A stretch of 64,000 nt of DNA from Octopus vulgaris (GCA_951406725.2 OX597819.1:76260001-76324000), one strand, 5' to 3'; shown: positions 28,747 through 42,172, counted from the stretch's first letter. The notes: generated by a model not told the origin, from the letters alone. A program made the numbers and translations.

Positions 28747-29274
28747 ATATATGTGTGTGTGAGTGCATGTGCGTATGTGCACGTGTGTGTATGTATGTAT
28801 ATACGTTTCTATATATCACAATAAGAATGAAACTAATCGGCTGTTTGCTTGTTGCTCAAACGTTTATGGAAAAAAACAGTACATGATGTCATTTGACATT
28901 TAAACATATGCAAAACCATCTAACATCATCTAAGATTATGATTTCATAACGTACCACTTCTTCAGGTTATACTTTTAGATGAAATGAAGCGAAAGCACCC
29001 GTTCATTTCATTGTTGGTACAATAATCACTATGCGTCAAATATAACAGTTAATTTTGTGACACATGCTTGGATTTATAGGATACCAGTCTACTGACCTTT
29101 CTTCACTCTATTTGACCACTGACTTGAATGTTCCATTTGCCTGGAATTTTCAGAATATACAATCTAATCAAAATACACAGAGGGCTTCACTATTGGATTG
29201 CCTTGATCTAATTTCATCATCTCAATATTCTACAAACACCCCCACATACATGTAAACTTAGTTGTAGAGAGCAC

Positions 29275-29460
29275 TCACCCATAATTTGGGAGGTACAGAG
29301 TTTGATTTTCTGTAGGGGCTTCCTGGCTACTTTTTCTCGTTTTCTAAAGGGTTTTTATGCGATTTTCTAAGCTGTCTTCACACCTACCCTGTTCGAGAAT
29401 TGTTTTATTTTCTGTAGGTTATCGCTTCACTATGCGCTAATAAGTTTGTTTACAAAATGT
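29275..29460 (+). mobile_element. Degenerate copy of the tRNA-like-containing repeat at 41630-41845
   Basis: Colinear blocks agagcactca.cc.at..ttggg.g...gagtt.ga, actttttc, aaggg, gctgt, gttcga. Confidence 0.5.
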
Positions 29461-29570
29461 TCTCATGTATACATACATAGAAATATACATAAACACACAT
29501 ATATTACATATATTTATATATATATATACATACATATATATGTATGTGTGTGTGTCTATGTATATATGTT

Positions 29571-29763
29571 CGAGGGATGGTGCTGAAGATTTCCTGGTTT
29601 TAAGGGTATCGCGAAAGGCCTGGTTGAAGTTCCAAACTTTCGAGTTCTTTTTCAGGACTTAGAAAAACTGAAGGACCGCTGCAATAAGTGTGTGAATCTG
29701 AGAGGGGAATATGGTGAATTGACTGATCTTTCTGTATTGTATTTTACCCAAAGGAAACCCTCG
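29571..29763 (+). mobile_element. Mariner-derived miniature element
   Basis: Termini cgaggg...ccctcg|ta; internal LEKLKDRCNKCVNLRGEY resembles a mariner transposase C-terminus. Confidence 0.6.
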
Positions 29764-30589
29764 TATGTATGTATGCATGCATGCAGGTATGTAATTATCG
29801 TTAGGTGAGGTGTATTTAGAGAAAAATACATATACCGGGAAATAGAGACACGAGGCGAGCTAGGAGAAATGTTAGAGTGTCAGGAAAATCATTAGCGACA
29901 TTTCTCCTGCCACTTAATATATTCTGAGTTCATATGCCGCTGCAGAGGTCCACTTTGCCTTTCATCATAAATACATAACAGATGTGTATTGGGAACCATG
30001 TAAATGAAATTGCTATTTCCTCGCCATTGCTGTCCTAGCGCCAAACTGAGAAACATTTATTAGAAAATGGTGCAACGTACTAAACACTTCGTAAATATTA
30101 GTTATTGAATTCAAAGTGAAGTAGATTCCATATTGATTTTTATCGTTGTATTGCCTTATCAATATATTAACTACCAACATTATATGCTGTCTCTTGTCAA
30201 TAAACTATAGTATAATAATATATTACTAATATGCGGCCGACGATACTTATATGCATATATGTTAATGACCAGTCACGGCGAATCTATACCTTATACACAA
30301 TTCAGAACACTATGCGTTTGGATTGGTGTATATACACCTTTGTACCTCGGACACAGTTCATGCGAATCAAAACATCACGTTGGTTTATATTTATTACATT
30401 TCTGTCACCAACTTTTCTCTTTCTTTCTGTCTCACCACTATATATTTATATTTATGTGTATATACATACATTTCTTACTACATACTTACGTACACTCACA
30501 CACACACACACTAGCGTATATAGCCTTGCAGAGAGCGCCCCAGAACAACTCCAATTAAATGAGTTGAAACAGTAAACGAGTATGTGCAT

Positions 30590-31450
30590 AGATCCTTACA
30601 CCTTTCAGAACGAGAGAACAAGAAAACATGATGGCCCTTTGGTGGACATTTGTCCTCAGCCGATTGCAATTCTGCTCCCAATTATAGTTATCACACTGTG
30701 TAAAATTAACCGTGGAATTCGAAGCAATCCAGCGAAGCTACATAAACATGATTTGTGATAGCGATAGAGGTAGTATTAACGCCGAGAGGTAATAGTTATC
30801 CCTACTTAAACGTGGATGTTCTGGAAGAACAAACTATACTGCTCTTGATACCATGAAAGGAATTTTTCATATTAGTTTTTGGTGTAAAAGGCTGTCTTGT
30901 TTATATAGCGAATAACCAGTGAATATGTATTAATACTTCCACTCTCGCTACTATATATATTTTTTATAAACTCACTGGCTAATCACGACACCAGCGTCTG
31001 TTTGGTACTGTTATTCTATACAGCGCTGGCAGGGCGATAATTCTCTGCTATCTCTAGCGGCCAAGCATCAATCAATGACAGGACCGAAGAGGGTCGAAAA
31101 CACGTGGCCTGGAGGTCTTGGCGCGGAAGGTGGCAGGTATTTATCTCCCCGCTAGCGATATAAACAAGAATGAATTTTAAACCAAAAGTCAATATGAAAG
31201 TTTCTCTCATGGTATCTACCGCAGTAGAATTTGTTCTAGCAGTTTGTTCTATGTTTAAGTGGGGTTAAAGAAAATCGTATCGATGCGACGTGTCAGCTAC
31301 GGGGGAAAGCTGAGAGATGTGCATAGGCTGGATCTCCTCCTATCAACAGTCCCGGATAAACGTAACTCGCGGCAGGAAATAAAGATGTGAGCAGCAACAT
31401 CAAACTCCCTTATTTACCAAATGTCATATAGCAGAGGAGTTTTACAGTAG
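30590..31450 (+). mobile_element. Two fragments (30590-30755, 31325-31450) of the CR1-group LINE separated by unrelated sequence
   Basis: Match to 61400-61560 and 61878-61990. Confidence 0.6.
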
Positions 31451-31891
31451 TGAAAGTAGAAAACATACATATATATATATATATATTTAAACATTTCCAT
31501 GTGCTTCGCCGGAGAGAGCAGATGTCTGTTCGACTTCGCCAGGTATATTGATCGTTTATTTATGATGTGTTCAGAATCAGTTCTACTGATGAACATAGAC
31601 GTATTTGATGCGTTGAGTGTGAAATCACAGGTGATATAGAACTAAATTCATTTTTTAAATGTCCTGCTTTGAAAACTGCATTAGGTACGATTAGTGAAAT
31701 TTTGGTAGTAATGACTTATGTCCCTCTTAGTGTGAGGCATTTATGTGTAATAATGCCCTCTATACAATATAAATTAATATTTTCAAAAGAAAAAAAGTTA
31801 TTTTCGAATTTTTTCCCCTATGAGGTTTTTCACGCTAACTACCTGATAATCTCTTGTTAAGATTCCTTATTAAGAAGTTATCCTTAATTGT

Positions 31892-31952
<61 letters not shown>

Positions 31953-32861
31953 GTGTGCGTGTGTGTCTTTGTCTGTGTGTGTCTGTGTGTATGCCTGTGT
32001 GTTATTGTGAGGATATAGAACCCTCTTAAAAGGGATGTTAGCATTCAAGTTCCCCCAGTTTAATCCTATATATACATAAATGAAATACTCATGAATCAAG
32101 TATTACTTAGTAATATTGGTGATTATTATTTAGTAATACGCACCAAATGACACACTACGGAGTTCAGATATGTTTAATAGACTTTTGTTACACTACGATA
32201 TATATGGGTATATTTTAATAGATTATATGATAAGAAGGAAGTCTGTTGTGAATCATTCAATCAATTAAGATGCAATTCCTTTTTATGTCAATCTTTCGCT
32301 CTGAAGAAATATTTTTAATCGCTATTTTCAAAATGCAATTTTAATTTATAAATTTGTAATTTGCATGATTTGGATATGGAAACTACTCTATGCAACTGGA
32401 ACTTGACAATATGTTAATAAATTGGTGTTTATCTGTGAAAACTCTCCATTTTCTTCCAATCATATACTATATTGATAAATGTGTGTGTGTGTGTGTGTGT
32501 GTAATCTACTGGTGGTCTGCCCTTGGGCTAATCCTGTGAATGTGAAACTTCTCCAGTACTCTCTGGATGGCCGAGAAGGGGTTGTACTCTCCTATGCCGC
32601 ATTAAGTAAATTACTTGTCCTTTAGTCACCATGAGGATACCTGGTGGGATTTGAATTTAGAATGTAGAGAGCCGGAAGTTATAACATAAAGCATCTCTGC
32701 CGACGAAGGACAATAATATTACTTTCCTAACCGCAGAGCAGCATGAAATGAAGTATTTTGCTCAAGAACTCAATGCGCCGCGCCGTCGGCAAATTGAACC
32801 GACGATCGAGCTATTTTGAGTTCAAAACCCTAACCTCCAGGTCACGCGTATACATACACAC

Positions 32862-32926
<65 letters not shown>

Positions 32927-33059
32927 AAAATAGTAAAGTGTGAAAAAACGACAGAAGGCTTAAATGTTAAAAAATATATATATTTGTGTCAAAATGTCTG
33001 GAGAATATTGGAAAAATTTTTTTCCCTTTCCTTAAAATGACATGATTTTAAAATTTTTT

Positions 33060-33099
33060 AAGAAATTACCGGTTTCGCGTGTAGCTTTTCAAATTTCTT
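33060..33099 (-). ncRNA. Minimal hammerhead ribozyme variant (U3-A8) in Penelope 3' repeat
   Basis: Reverse complement of 35536-35575. Confidence 0.7.
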
Positions 33100-33234
33100 G
33101 TGACGTTATGTTTATATTGCATGGAATTATCGTTGTTTTTATTTCCAGGAGATTTCTAAATAAGGGGAGGTAGTGAGTGATTTTTTCCGGTGTAGGGGAG
33201 ATAATCGCTTAAAAATTTTTTTCCCTTTTCCTTG

Positions 33235-34692
33235 TTAATTTCTCTGTGTCAGTATGTTCGGATGGTTGAGTCTGGGTTTGTACTTTTCAATGAAGAATGT
33301 TTCCTTGTTCAGTCTCATTTGTATTGATGATCCGAAAGTACATTGGTAAAATGGGAAGATTAAAAATTGTGGCAGTAGTTGCTTTGCGCATTTCTCAATG
33401 TGCTCACTAAAAGGTATCATTCTATTTTCTGGGAATGCAATCTGTTGTCGATGCAGTGTGCATCTGCGCCTGAGTGATAGTCCCGTGGAACCCACGTAGT
33501 CTTGGTGGCAGCCCGAGCATTTAATAACATAAATTATGTTTTCAGAGGCACAAGTAAAGTTAGATTTGATCTTAAATTTCTGTCCCTCTTTAAAGAAGAA
33601 TTCTGATCCTTCCAATAGGTTAGGACATGTTGCACAGTTCGATCTACCACATTTTTTTACTTTTGCATCCGTAATTTTAGAAGACAATTTTGCCTTTGTG
33701 AGAATCTTTTTAAGTGATTTAGGCTGTTTGTAGCTTTTAATGATTTGGTGTATGTTTAGAATTTCCTTTAATTTTGGGTTTTTATGAAGTATTGGTAAAT
33801 TCTGGGTGATGATGGTGAAGGCTTCTTTGTTTCTGGGGTTGTATGTAGATATGTAAGGTAGTATTTTCGGGGAAGGTGTGTTGTTGTGTTGAACTTTTCT
33901 TAAAGTTTCTATATTGATTTCTGTTGCACGTCTGATCCCATCCTCTATGAGTTGAGCTGGGTAATGTCTGTCAATTAGGGTGTTTTTGAGTTCTTGCAGT
34001 CTAAAGTTCCTGGTATTTTGTTCTGACACTATTGTGCATATCCTTCTTGCAAGGTTGAAGGGGATGTTTGTTTTAGTGTGTCTTGGGTGGCATGAATTAA
34101 AAAGAAGGTATTGTCTGGCGTCTGTGGCTTTGTAAAAAATGTCTGTTTCTATTTTAAGGTTAATTTTTTTAATTAGTATATCCAAGAACGGGAGCTCCTT
34201 TTGGTTGTATTCCATTGTGAACTGTATATTTGGGTTTATGCTGTTCAATAGGTTTTTAAATTTTAGGAGTTTATCTATGTTTTCATTCCAGAGAATGAAA
34301 CAATCGTCTAGGAATCGTTTCCAATTCTCTTTTATGTATTGAGAGAGGGAGTTTCCAAAGATTGATAGAGATTCCTGGTAAATGATTATTTCCATGTATC
34401 CCATTGTTAAGTTCGCAATGACTGGTGCTGCCCTTGTACCCATAGCAATTCCGGATTTTTGACGGTAAAATGTATTGTCAAACATGAAGTGGTTATTGTG
34501 TAGGATGAATTCAATTGATTTAGTAATGAATTCCTTACTGATCCTTTTTGGTATTTCTTCCGGAAATTGGTCTAACCAGAATTGTATTGCCTCCAGTCCA
34601 TAATTATGAGGTATACTGGTATACAAGTTGACTACATCAAATGAAACCAGGATTGTTTCTTCCTTGGTTTTTTTTGGAAGGTGGTTTAACAT
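33235..34692 (-). CDS. Penelope-like reverse transcriptase + GIY-YIG endonuclease (N-terminally truncated, frame intact)
   Basis: LVSFDVVNLYTSIP, QKSGIAMGT, KRFLDDCF, LPFLDI, YLLFNSCHP; Cys linker CGRSNCATC; IIYVIKCSGCHQDYVGST..LRRR..H. Confidence 0.93.
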   Translation of the reverse strand: MLNHLPKKTKEETILVSFDVVNLYTSIPHNYGLEAIQFWLDQFPEEIPKRISKEFITKSIEFILHNNHFMFDNTFYRQKSGIAMGTRAAPVIANLTMGYMEIIIYQESLSIFGNSLSQYIKENWKRFLDDCFILWNENIDKLLKFKNLLNSINPNIQFTMEYNQKELPFLDILIKKINLKIETDIFYKATDARQYLLFNSCHPRHTKTNIPFNLARRICTIVSEQNTRNFRLQELKNTLIDRHYPAQLIEDGIRRATEINIETLRKVQHNNTPSPKILPYISTYNPRNKEAFTIITQNLPILHKNPKLKEILNIHQIIKSYKQPKSLKKILTKAKLSSKITDAKVKKCGRSNCATCPNLLEGSEFFFKEGQKFKIKSNFTCASENIIYVIKCSGCHQDYVGSTGLSLRRRCTLHRQQIAFPENRMIPFSEHIEKCAKQLLPQFLIFPFYQCTFGSSIQMRLNKETFFIEKYKPRLNHPNILTQRN

Positions 34693-34716
34693 ATCTAAGT
34701 CATCTCTGATATGGCT

Positions 34717-35399
34717 ATCAACATAGAAACTTTAAGAAAAGTTCAACACAACAACACACCTTCCCCGAAAATACTACCTTACATATCTACATACAACCCC
34801 AGAAACAAAGAAGCCTTCACCATCATCACCCAGAATTTACCAATACTTCATAAAAACCCAAAATTAAAGGAAATTCTAAACATACACCAAATCATTAAAA
34901 GCTACAAACAGCCTAAATCACTTAAAAAGATTCTCACAAAGGCAAAATTGTCTTCTAAAATTACGGATGCAAAAGTAAAAAATGTGGTAGATCGAACTGT
35001 GCAACATGTCCTAACCTATTGGAAGGATCAGAATTCTTCTTTAAAGAGGGACAGAAATTTAAGATCAAATCTAACTTTACTTGTGCCTCTGAAAACATAA
35101 TTTATGTTATTAAATGCTCGGGCTGCCACCAAGACTACGTGGGTTCCACGGGACTATCACTCAGGCGCAGATGCACACTGCATCGACAACAGATTGCATT
35201 CCCAGAATATAGAATGATACCTTTTAGTGAGCACATTGAGAAATGCGCAAAGCAACTACTGCCACAATTTTTAATCTTCCCATTTTACCAATGTGCTTTC
35301 GGATCATCAACACAAATGAGACTGAACAAGGAAACATTCTTCATTGAAAAGTACAAACCCAGACTCAACCATCCGAACATACTGACACAGAGAAATTAA
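34717..35399 (+). pseudogene. Inverted duplicate of the Penelope linker + GIY-YIG domain, one frameshift
   Basis: ORFs 34711-35100 and 35019-35399 reproduce the C-terminus of 33235-34692 with a few substitutions. Confidence 0.9.
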
Positions 35400-35535
35400 C
35401 AAGGAAAAGGGAAAAAAAATTTTTAAACGATTATCTCCCCTACACCGGAAAAAATCACTCACTACCTCCCCTTATTTAGAAATCTCCTGGAAATAAAAAC
35501 AACGATAATTCCATGCAATATAAACATAACGTCAC

Positions 35536-35575
35536 AAGAAATTTGAAAAGCTACACGCGAAACCGGTAATTTCTT
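35536..35575 (+). ncRNA. Minimal hammerhead ribozyme variant (U3-A8) in Penelope 3' repeat
   Basis: aagaaat-TTGAAAA-gc-tacac-gc-GAAA-ccgg-TA-atttctt: 7-bp stem I, 2-bp stem II, palindromic A-CCGG-T stem III. Confidence 0.72.
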
Positions 35576-35749
35576 AAAAATTTTAAAATCATGTCATTTT
35601 AAGGAAAGGAAAAAATTTTTCCAATATTCTCCAGACATTTTGACACAAATATATATATTTTTTAACATTTAAGCCTTCTGTCGTTTTTTCACACTTTACT
35701 ATTTTCTTATATATTCACCCACGTGCTTTACCAAACAAACTTTCTTATC

Positions 35750-35784
<35 letters not shown>

Positions 35785-35791
35785 GTATGTA

Positions 35792-35883
<92 letters not shown>

Positions 35884-37509
35884 CACACACACATGCACAT
35901 ATACATACATACATACACATATATAATATATAGATATAAGTGTGTGTACGTATAGGTAGAATGGGAGTAACATTCCGTTATTGGCAGGACCACCAATATA
36001 TATAATACATATAAATATGTATCATATTGCACACACAAACATATATGTATGTATGCAACAGATATCTAACGTGTAATATAGGTAATATAGCGAGTCGAAA
36101 TTTTCAAATACATATACCATTAACTACTAGCTAACATACACATTTATAGTTTATCAATAGTTGCTTAAACACTTTCTTAATACTCAGTCAATAAAAGAAG
36201 GCTTTTAACCATTTACCGGGCGTCTATCATGGATAGAAAGAAGGAAATATCTACGTATGATGTCTAGCAATAATGCTTGCAATAGAATTGACTCGTCCCA
36301 GGCCTAGGAAGTAGTGTTCAAACAAGCAATTTCATACAACTACAGCTCAAAGAGTTACAGATTGAGCTCTGACACAAAAATCGACTATATGTTTGTTATT
36401 GAACAGTTAATGAAGATGAATGTAACTTGAATATATAAGCAGTGTATAAATCGGCTGGAAAATAATAAAGACCAGCTGAAAAACTCCTTGAGAATAAATA
36501 TTTTATAATGAAATGAAAAATTTTGACAAAATAATAAAGAATTTAATGAAAATAGATATATTTGTACAAAACCGATAGAGTTGCACATATACGTACATAC
36601 ATAGAAATGCACACATGTATATACTTACATATGTGTGTGTATGTATGTGTGTGTGTCTTTGTGCCTGTGTGTTTGTGTGTAAGGCTTGCAGCTCTAAAAC
36701 CAATCACAACTCTTAATCGTACACTCTTAAAACATACATGCTATACACACTATTCATATATAAAGAGCTTATGTGAGTTACATAAAAACACACCGTCACT
36801 CACAATAACATAAGAGTAAAAACACATACACAGCAATAATCACATACATACGTACACATATACAATCATCTGCGGTTCTCTTAGAACCAGCGCAATACCC
36901 ATACAGTTCTCATTTAAATTCAGCTAACATGTAGTTACACAAATACCAAAATTTGACAAGCACAGATATTATCAAACAGTTTCTGTTGTCGCAGATGTGT
37001 GTGTGTGTGTACATGTTTATAGGAGATGCGGGTTCGAGACCCACGAGTAGTCTTCGACTACAGTTTCATGGCATATAGTGGGTTCACAGACATTCGAGTA
37101 ACTGGGTTATTCATGCAGAAGGTACACAAAATAGTTCTAGATATCGTTATAATCTGGAGGGGATGAACTTGTGAGGTGAAATTTAAGAGTATCAGTCAGT
37201 GGGTACATTTTAACACAAAAACACAAAGATTATACACTTAAGAGACACTCTTTTCTTTAAAATCAAATTGTGCAACAAATAGTCCGGCTCTCAGATTATT
37301 AGATAGGAGGTCATTTGGAAAGACAGAGTGGGATCAGTGGATAGAAATGTAGTGAACATATATATAAAGGGTGTCCATAAAGTCTCTTAACATTCGATTG
37401 AATATAATTCCACATCAGACATTCTCCTATTTTGGTGAAGTTTTCTAGTCATAAGGGGTGTTCTGATTCCCAGGTCTCACACTATATATATTCAGTTTCC
37501 CTGAAACAT

Positions 37510-37648
37510 GAAAGCAATTTTTGGCTGAACCCTATTTATAATTATACTCATAATTAAAGAATTTTTGTATAAGTTTACCGATAATGGTTCTTTAACATAC
37601 CGAACTACTTGGTAAAATTATTAATTATTAATTATTTTTCCTTTATTA
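37510..37648 (+). mobile_element. Penelope-type 3' fragment, same family as 38062-38250
   Basis: Near-colinear with 38100-38250. Confidence 0.65.
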
Positions 37649-37667
37649 CACACACACATACATGTAC

Positions 37668-37778
<111 letters not shown>

Positions 37779-37792
37779 CATACATATATATA

Positions 37793-38250
37793 TATACAAA
37801 AATTCTATAATTACGAGCATAATTATAATTAGGGTTCAACAAAAATTTACTTCACCACATACCGAAATTTAAAAATAGCACTTAAAACTAATTATTTCAT
37901 TACCATAAGAAAATCTCCTAGACAGCAATACTAAACAACTTACGCTGGTAAAGAGAAAAAAATAACAAATCCACCCGGTTCTGATTAACTGTATACGCGT
38001 TTCGGAGTTAGAGAGATGTGAAAAATGAAAAATCATATTTCTACTCTCCCATTCTCTTCTTAGTTAGTTTTAACTGCTAATTCTAAATATCGGTGTGTGG
38101 TGAAGCAAGTTTTTGCTGAACCTTAATTATAATTATACTCATACTTATAGAATTTTTGTATAAGTTTACCGAAAATGATTCTTTAACATACCGAACTACA
38201 TGGTAAAATAATTAATTATTAATTAATTAATTTTGCTCTTTATTATTACG
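37793..38250. mobile_element. Fold-back Penelope-type remnant (left arm minus, right arm 38062-38250 plus) between (TA)n tracts
   Basis: 37793-37892 is the reverse complement of 38064-38162; minus strand has ctcc-GAAA-cgcg-TA (3' half of a hammerhead) at ~37994-38007. Confidence 0.7.
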
Positions 38251-39070
38251 TATATATATATATATATACACTTTCATCCTTTTGGGGTCGATAAAATAAG
38301 TACCAGTTGGACACTGGGATCTATGTAATCGACTTACCCCCTCTTTCGAATATGCTAGTCTTGTGCCAAAATTTGAAACCAGCATTTAAATTATTTGAAA
38401 TTTATCTTAGGTTTCCTATGCACATTACCTTGTACATAAATATTTATAATTCAATCACGCTTCTGATAAAGGATAAATATGCAAACTAACCTAAGCATTT
38501 CATATAACTTTTAGTTTTTTGATTTATCGAAATAGCTAGTTGATATAATTTTTCTTCGTGGGCAGGGGAATGAGGTGTAATTATAATTTGATAAATGCTC
38601 AATGAACCGTGAAATATTCAGGACAATCCTCTTAATCTTTTTGAGCACAAAGAGATAAACAAAATATATTCACATCAATTTAAATTTACATTGCGAAAGA
38701 ATATACTGTAGCTAGCTACTTTAAAATTTATCTCTTTTTATGAATGCACTCTCTGTTGCGAATATATATATGTGTGAGTATTTAGGTGTATATAAGACTA
38801 TTTGTGAACGTTAAGATTGGTAAATATTTTAAATAACAACTGCAAGAAGGGAAACAAGTATTTCTGTATATGGGATATGTAACGGAATAAATATAAGCTT
38901 TCTTAAGTATGGGTAAATGGGCAAAGATACATTTTCCATGTACAGGAAAAGAATAATTATTTTAATCATCTTATCTATATGTGTACCGGCAAGCATACAT
39001 ATGATTAAAGTAATATATTTATTTACCGATATATGCCTGAATGCCTACCTACATTCCTGTCTATCTACTA

Positions 39071-39120
<50 letters not shown>

Positions 39121-39133
39121 TATAATATATATA

Positions 39134-39219
<86 letters not shown>

Positions 39220-39326
39220 CTATCCAGCAATGTATTTATCAATCGTAATAACTCTTTGCAGACACACACACACACACATAATTTATTAATGTATATTAAT
39301 TCTCGCCGCCCCCTGCCATACCATCG

Positions 39327-39364
<38 letters not shown>

Positions 39365-39755
39365 TTGCGCGTGCATGTGTTTATATGCGAAGAAAATATG
39401 AAATAGTTTAATCAGTTAATCAGTTAAATGTTATGCATGCTTATATGCTTATGTGCATATTTACGTACTAAGGAACATGGAGAACACTACATATAAATGT
39501 GTGATTATGTGCTTTCATTTTTGAACATCCAAACAACCGCACAAAGAATCACGCACAAAGAATGCACACATAAAAGACTATAAAAATATATTTGTATATG
39601 TATACAAATATCTAAACACATGTTTGTGTATATATACACACACACGAACACACACACTCACACACATTCATGCACACGTACACGCGAAATTTATTTCCCT
39701 AACTCTGATATTTATCTATAACCTCTCTCTATCACATCGATCTCTCCTCTACATC

Positions 39756-39825
<70 letters not shown>

Positions 39826-40060
39826 ATGTGTATGTGTGTGTTCGCGGGCGGATGTAAGTACAGATGAATAGGCGTATAATTGAACTCACATATTCAGATT
39901 TATGCAAAAATGTTTCTACGTAACTAAATCTCTTTCCATCGCTCGCTCTTTCTATACATCCACACACTTCCCTAAACGAATACTTATATATTTATATATT
40001 ATTTATGTAGAAATACATTGACGTATTAATGCATGATTAAGCATGTATATACAATTAATC

Positions 40061-40095
<35 letters not shown>

Positions 40096-40362
40096 AAGCA
40101 CTTCAGTGTATCATCTAATGACCTTCAGAAGTTAGCTCGAGTTCTGATTAAGTGGATTTTGCTTCGTAATATCTATCTCTGCATTCTCTGTTTTGAACAA
40201 ATATTGGATTTAATAATTGAAAAGAATACAGATGGAAATCTGTATCGAATATAGAAGAAGTAATAATGAAAGCATTAACCAAACTAAGAAGTCCTTAATA
40301 TTTCGCAACAAGCTACAAATTAAATAAAATTATTCCAATACGCCTGTACGCACACATACACA

Positions 40363-40402
<40 letters not shown>

Positions 40403-41427
40403 GTGTGTGTGTATACACTCTTTCCCCAACAAAGGCACCGTATATATATATATATATATATACGGTGCGTTTGTTTGGGAAAAGTTTGCCTTTGTTGTAA
40501 GCGTGTGTTGTATATCTATCTATCTATATATATATCAATCTATCTATCTGTCTTTCTATGTATCTAGATACACTCTTATGTTCATATGCATATGTGTGAA
40601 TATATACATACGTATACATTTATATATATATATATATTGAAGTATTAAGAAGATCAATAAAGTTCTCATTACATATTAAATTGTAGAATTAAGTTATAAA
40701 TCAATACAAGCTCGTTTCAACTTAAATCTATAAAGTGGCTTTATGAAATAAATCTAAGATCTTACGTTATTACATTTCATAAAATTTAATAATGAGTAAA
40801 ACTCGTCAAGAAAGCAGCATCAACGTCCCTTTTCCAGGAAAAGAAAACCTAAATTCTTTTTGGTGTCCGAAAATAATTTTTCCAAAGATATTATTTAACA
40901 AATACAAACAAAATATATGGCATAGATAAGGAGGTAATCGGTCAGGCATATAACTTAACGGACAGTTCTGCAATTTAAGCACAGATTATAAAATCTATAT
41001 TATGTTATGAAAGCTATATTAATGGAGATCTGGTTAATTAAGGCAGTGGATTTGTAACTTATGTAATTTTCAGTTAAGAGGGTACTTCAGGCCATTGTCA
41101 TTATCCTAATAATATAAATTGGTTATATTAATTATTTTAATTGAGAAATAAAAGTTAATGACTTCTTTGATGATCACTCGTTAAATAAAATAGTCCAACT
41201 TATATTTAACCTGGATAGAATATGGTTAATATGGATAAATTCGAATTGAAAAACGATTCTACACACTAACGAGAAGAGAATGCTGTTTAAATTATTCTGT
41301 CGGCAATATTTAATTTTTAAATAAATTCTATTATGAATAACGTGTCATAATCAGTTTCATTACACTATAGATATTTTTATACTATTGTCGATATTTCAGG
41401 CTAAAATATCAATTCACATATCAATTA

Positions 41428-41845
41428 TAACGGCTGAGTGCGTTACCATTATATTAAAATACCCGCTAACAACTCTTTCGCCGATTTTAGGCGCTAAATA
41501 ATTCCTTGAACACAACCAAGTGTGCATATATAAACAAACTTGTTTGCATCGTATAATACATATTCGAAGGTTTCTAATAAAAACAAAGGTAAATTTGGTT
41601 CTATGTACATTCGTGGTTAATCAATTACCTATTTAACGCCTAAAATCGGCGGCGTATTTCTCAGCGGGGAGTTTAGCTTATTGGTAGAGCACTCAACCGA
41701 TGTCTTGGGGGATGTGAGTTCGACTCCCATGGTTGATTGTTGACAACTTTTTCGGGGTTGTAAGGGTAATTTACCCATTATCTTTGCTGTTCTAAAGGCA
41801 ATGTTTCGTTCGAAAAAATATCATCTTGTTTATATCGTACAATGT
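41428..41845 (+). mobile_element. Repeat with internal tRNA-like segment (41666-41735) and inverted partial duplicate (41428-41500)
   Basis: A box tagcttattgg, B box gagttcgactcc, D/anticodon/T-like arms, no acceptor stem; 41428-41500 is reverse complement of 41630-41700. Confidence 0.6.
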
Positions 41846-42061
41846 ATGTATGTATATATATATATTATATATATTTATTCGCGATGAAAGCAGTATTAAA
41901 TCAAAGCGCAATCTTTCTATCCAAGTACACACGGATATCTTGTAATAACATCGAATACAACATTATAAGCCTACTGAGATCTTCTGGCATAAATTCATTT
42001 TGCAATAATGTAAATAATTATGCCTATTAATCAAAACATTATTAGTTAGCATTAATGTGTA

Positions 42062-42133
<72 letters not shown>

Positions 42134-42172
42134 CACATACATACAGAGAGAGAATGAGAGGAGACGCAAATA

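Larger units (their letters stand above)
32923..35750. mobile_element. Penelope-like retrotransposon (Neptune-type), 5'-truncated, head-to-head inverted structure inserted in (TA)n
   Basis: Left arm 32923-34716 (-), right arm 34717-35750 (+); ~1 kb near-identical inverted overlap; both 3' ends abut (TA)n. Confidence 0.93.

Noticed and set aside
40900-41380. Possible degraded Penelope GIY-YIG end on minus strand
   Set aside because: Only a weak NLCL-like trace; too decayed to support by eye
41666-41735. Functional tRNA gene
   Set aside because: No acceptor stem, 8-nt anticodon loop, T-stem mismatch; part of a dispersed repeat
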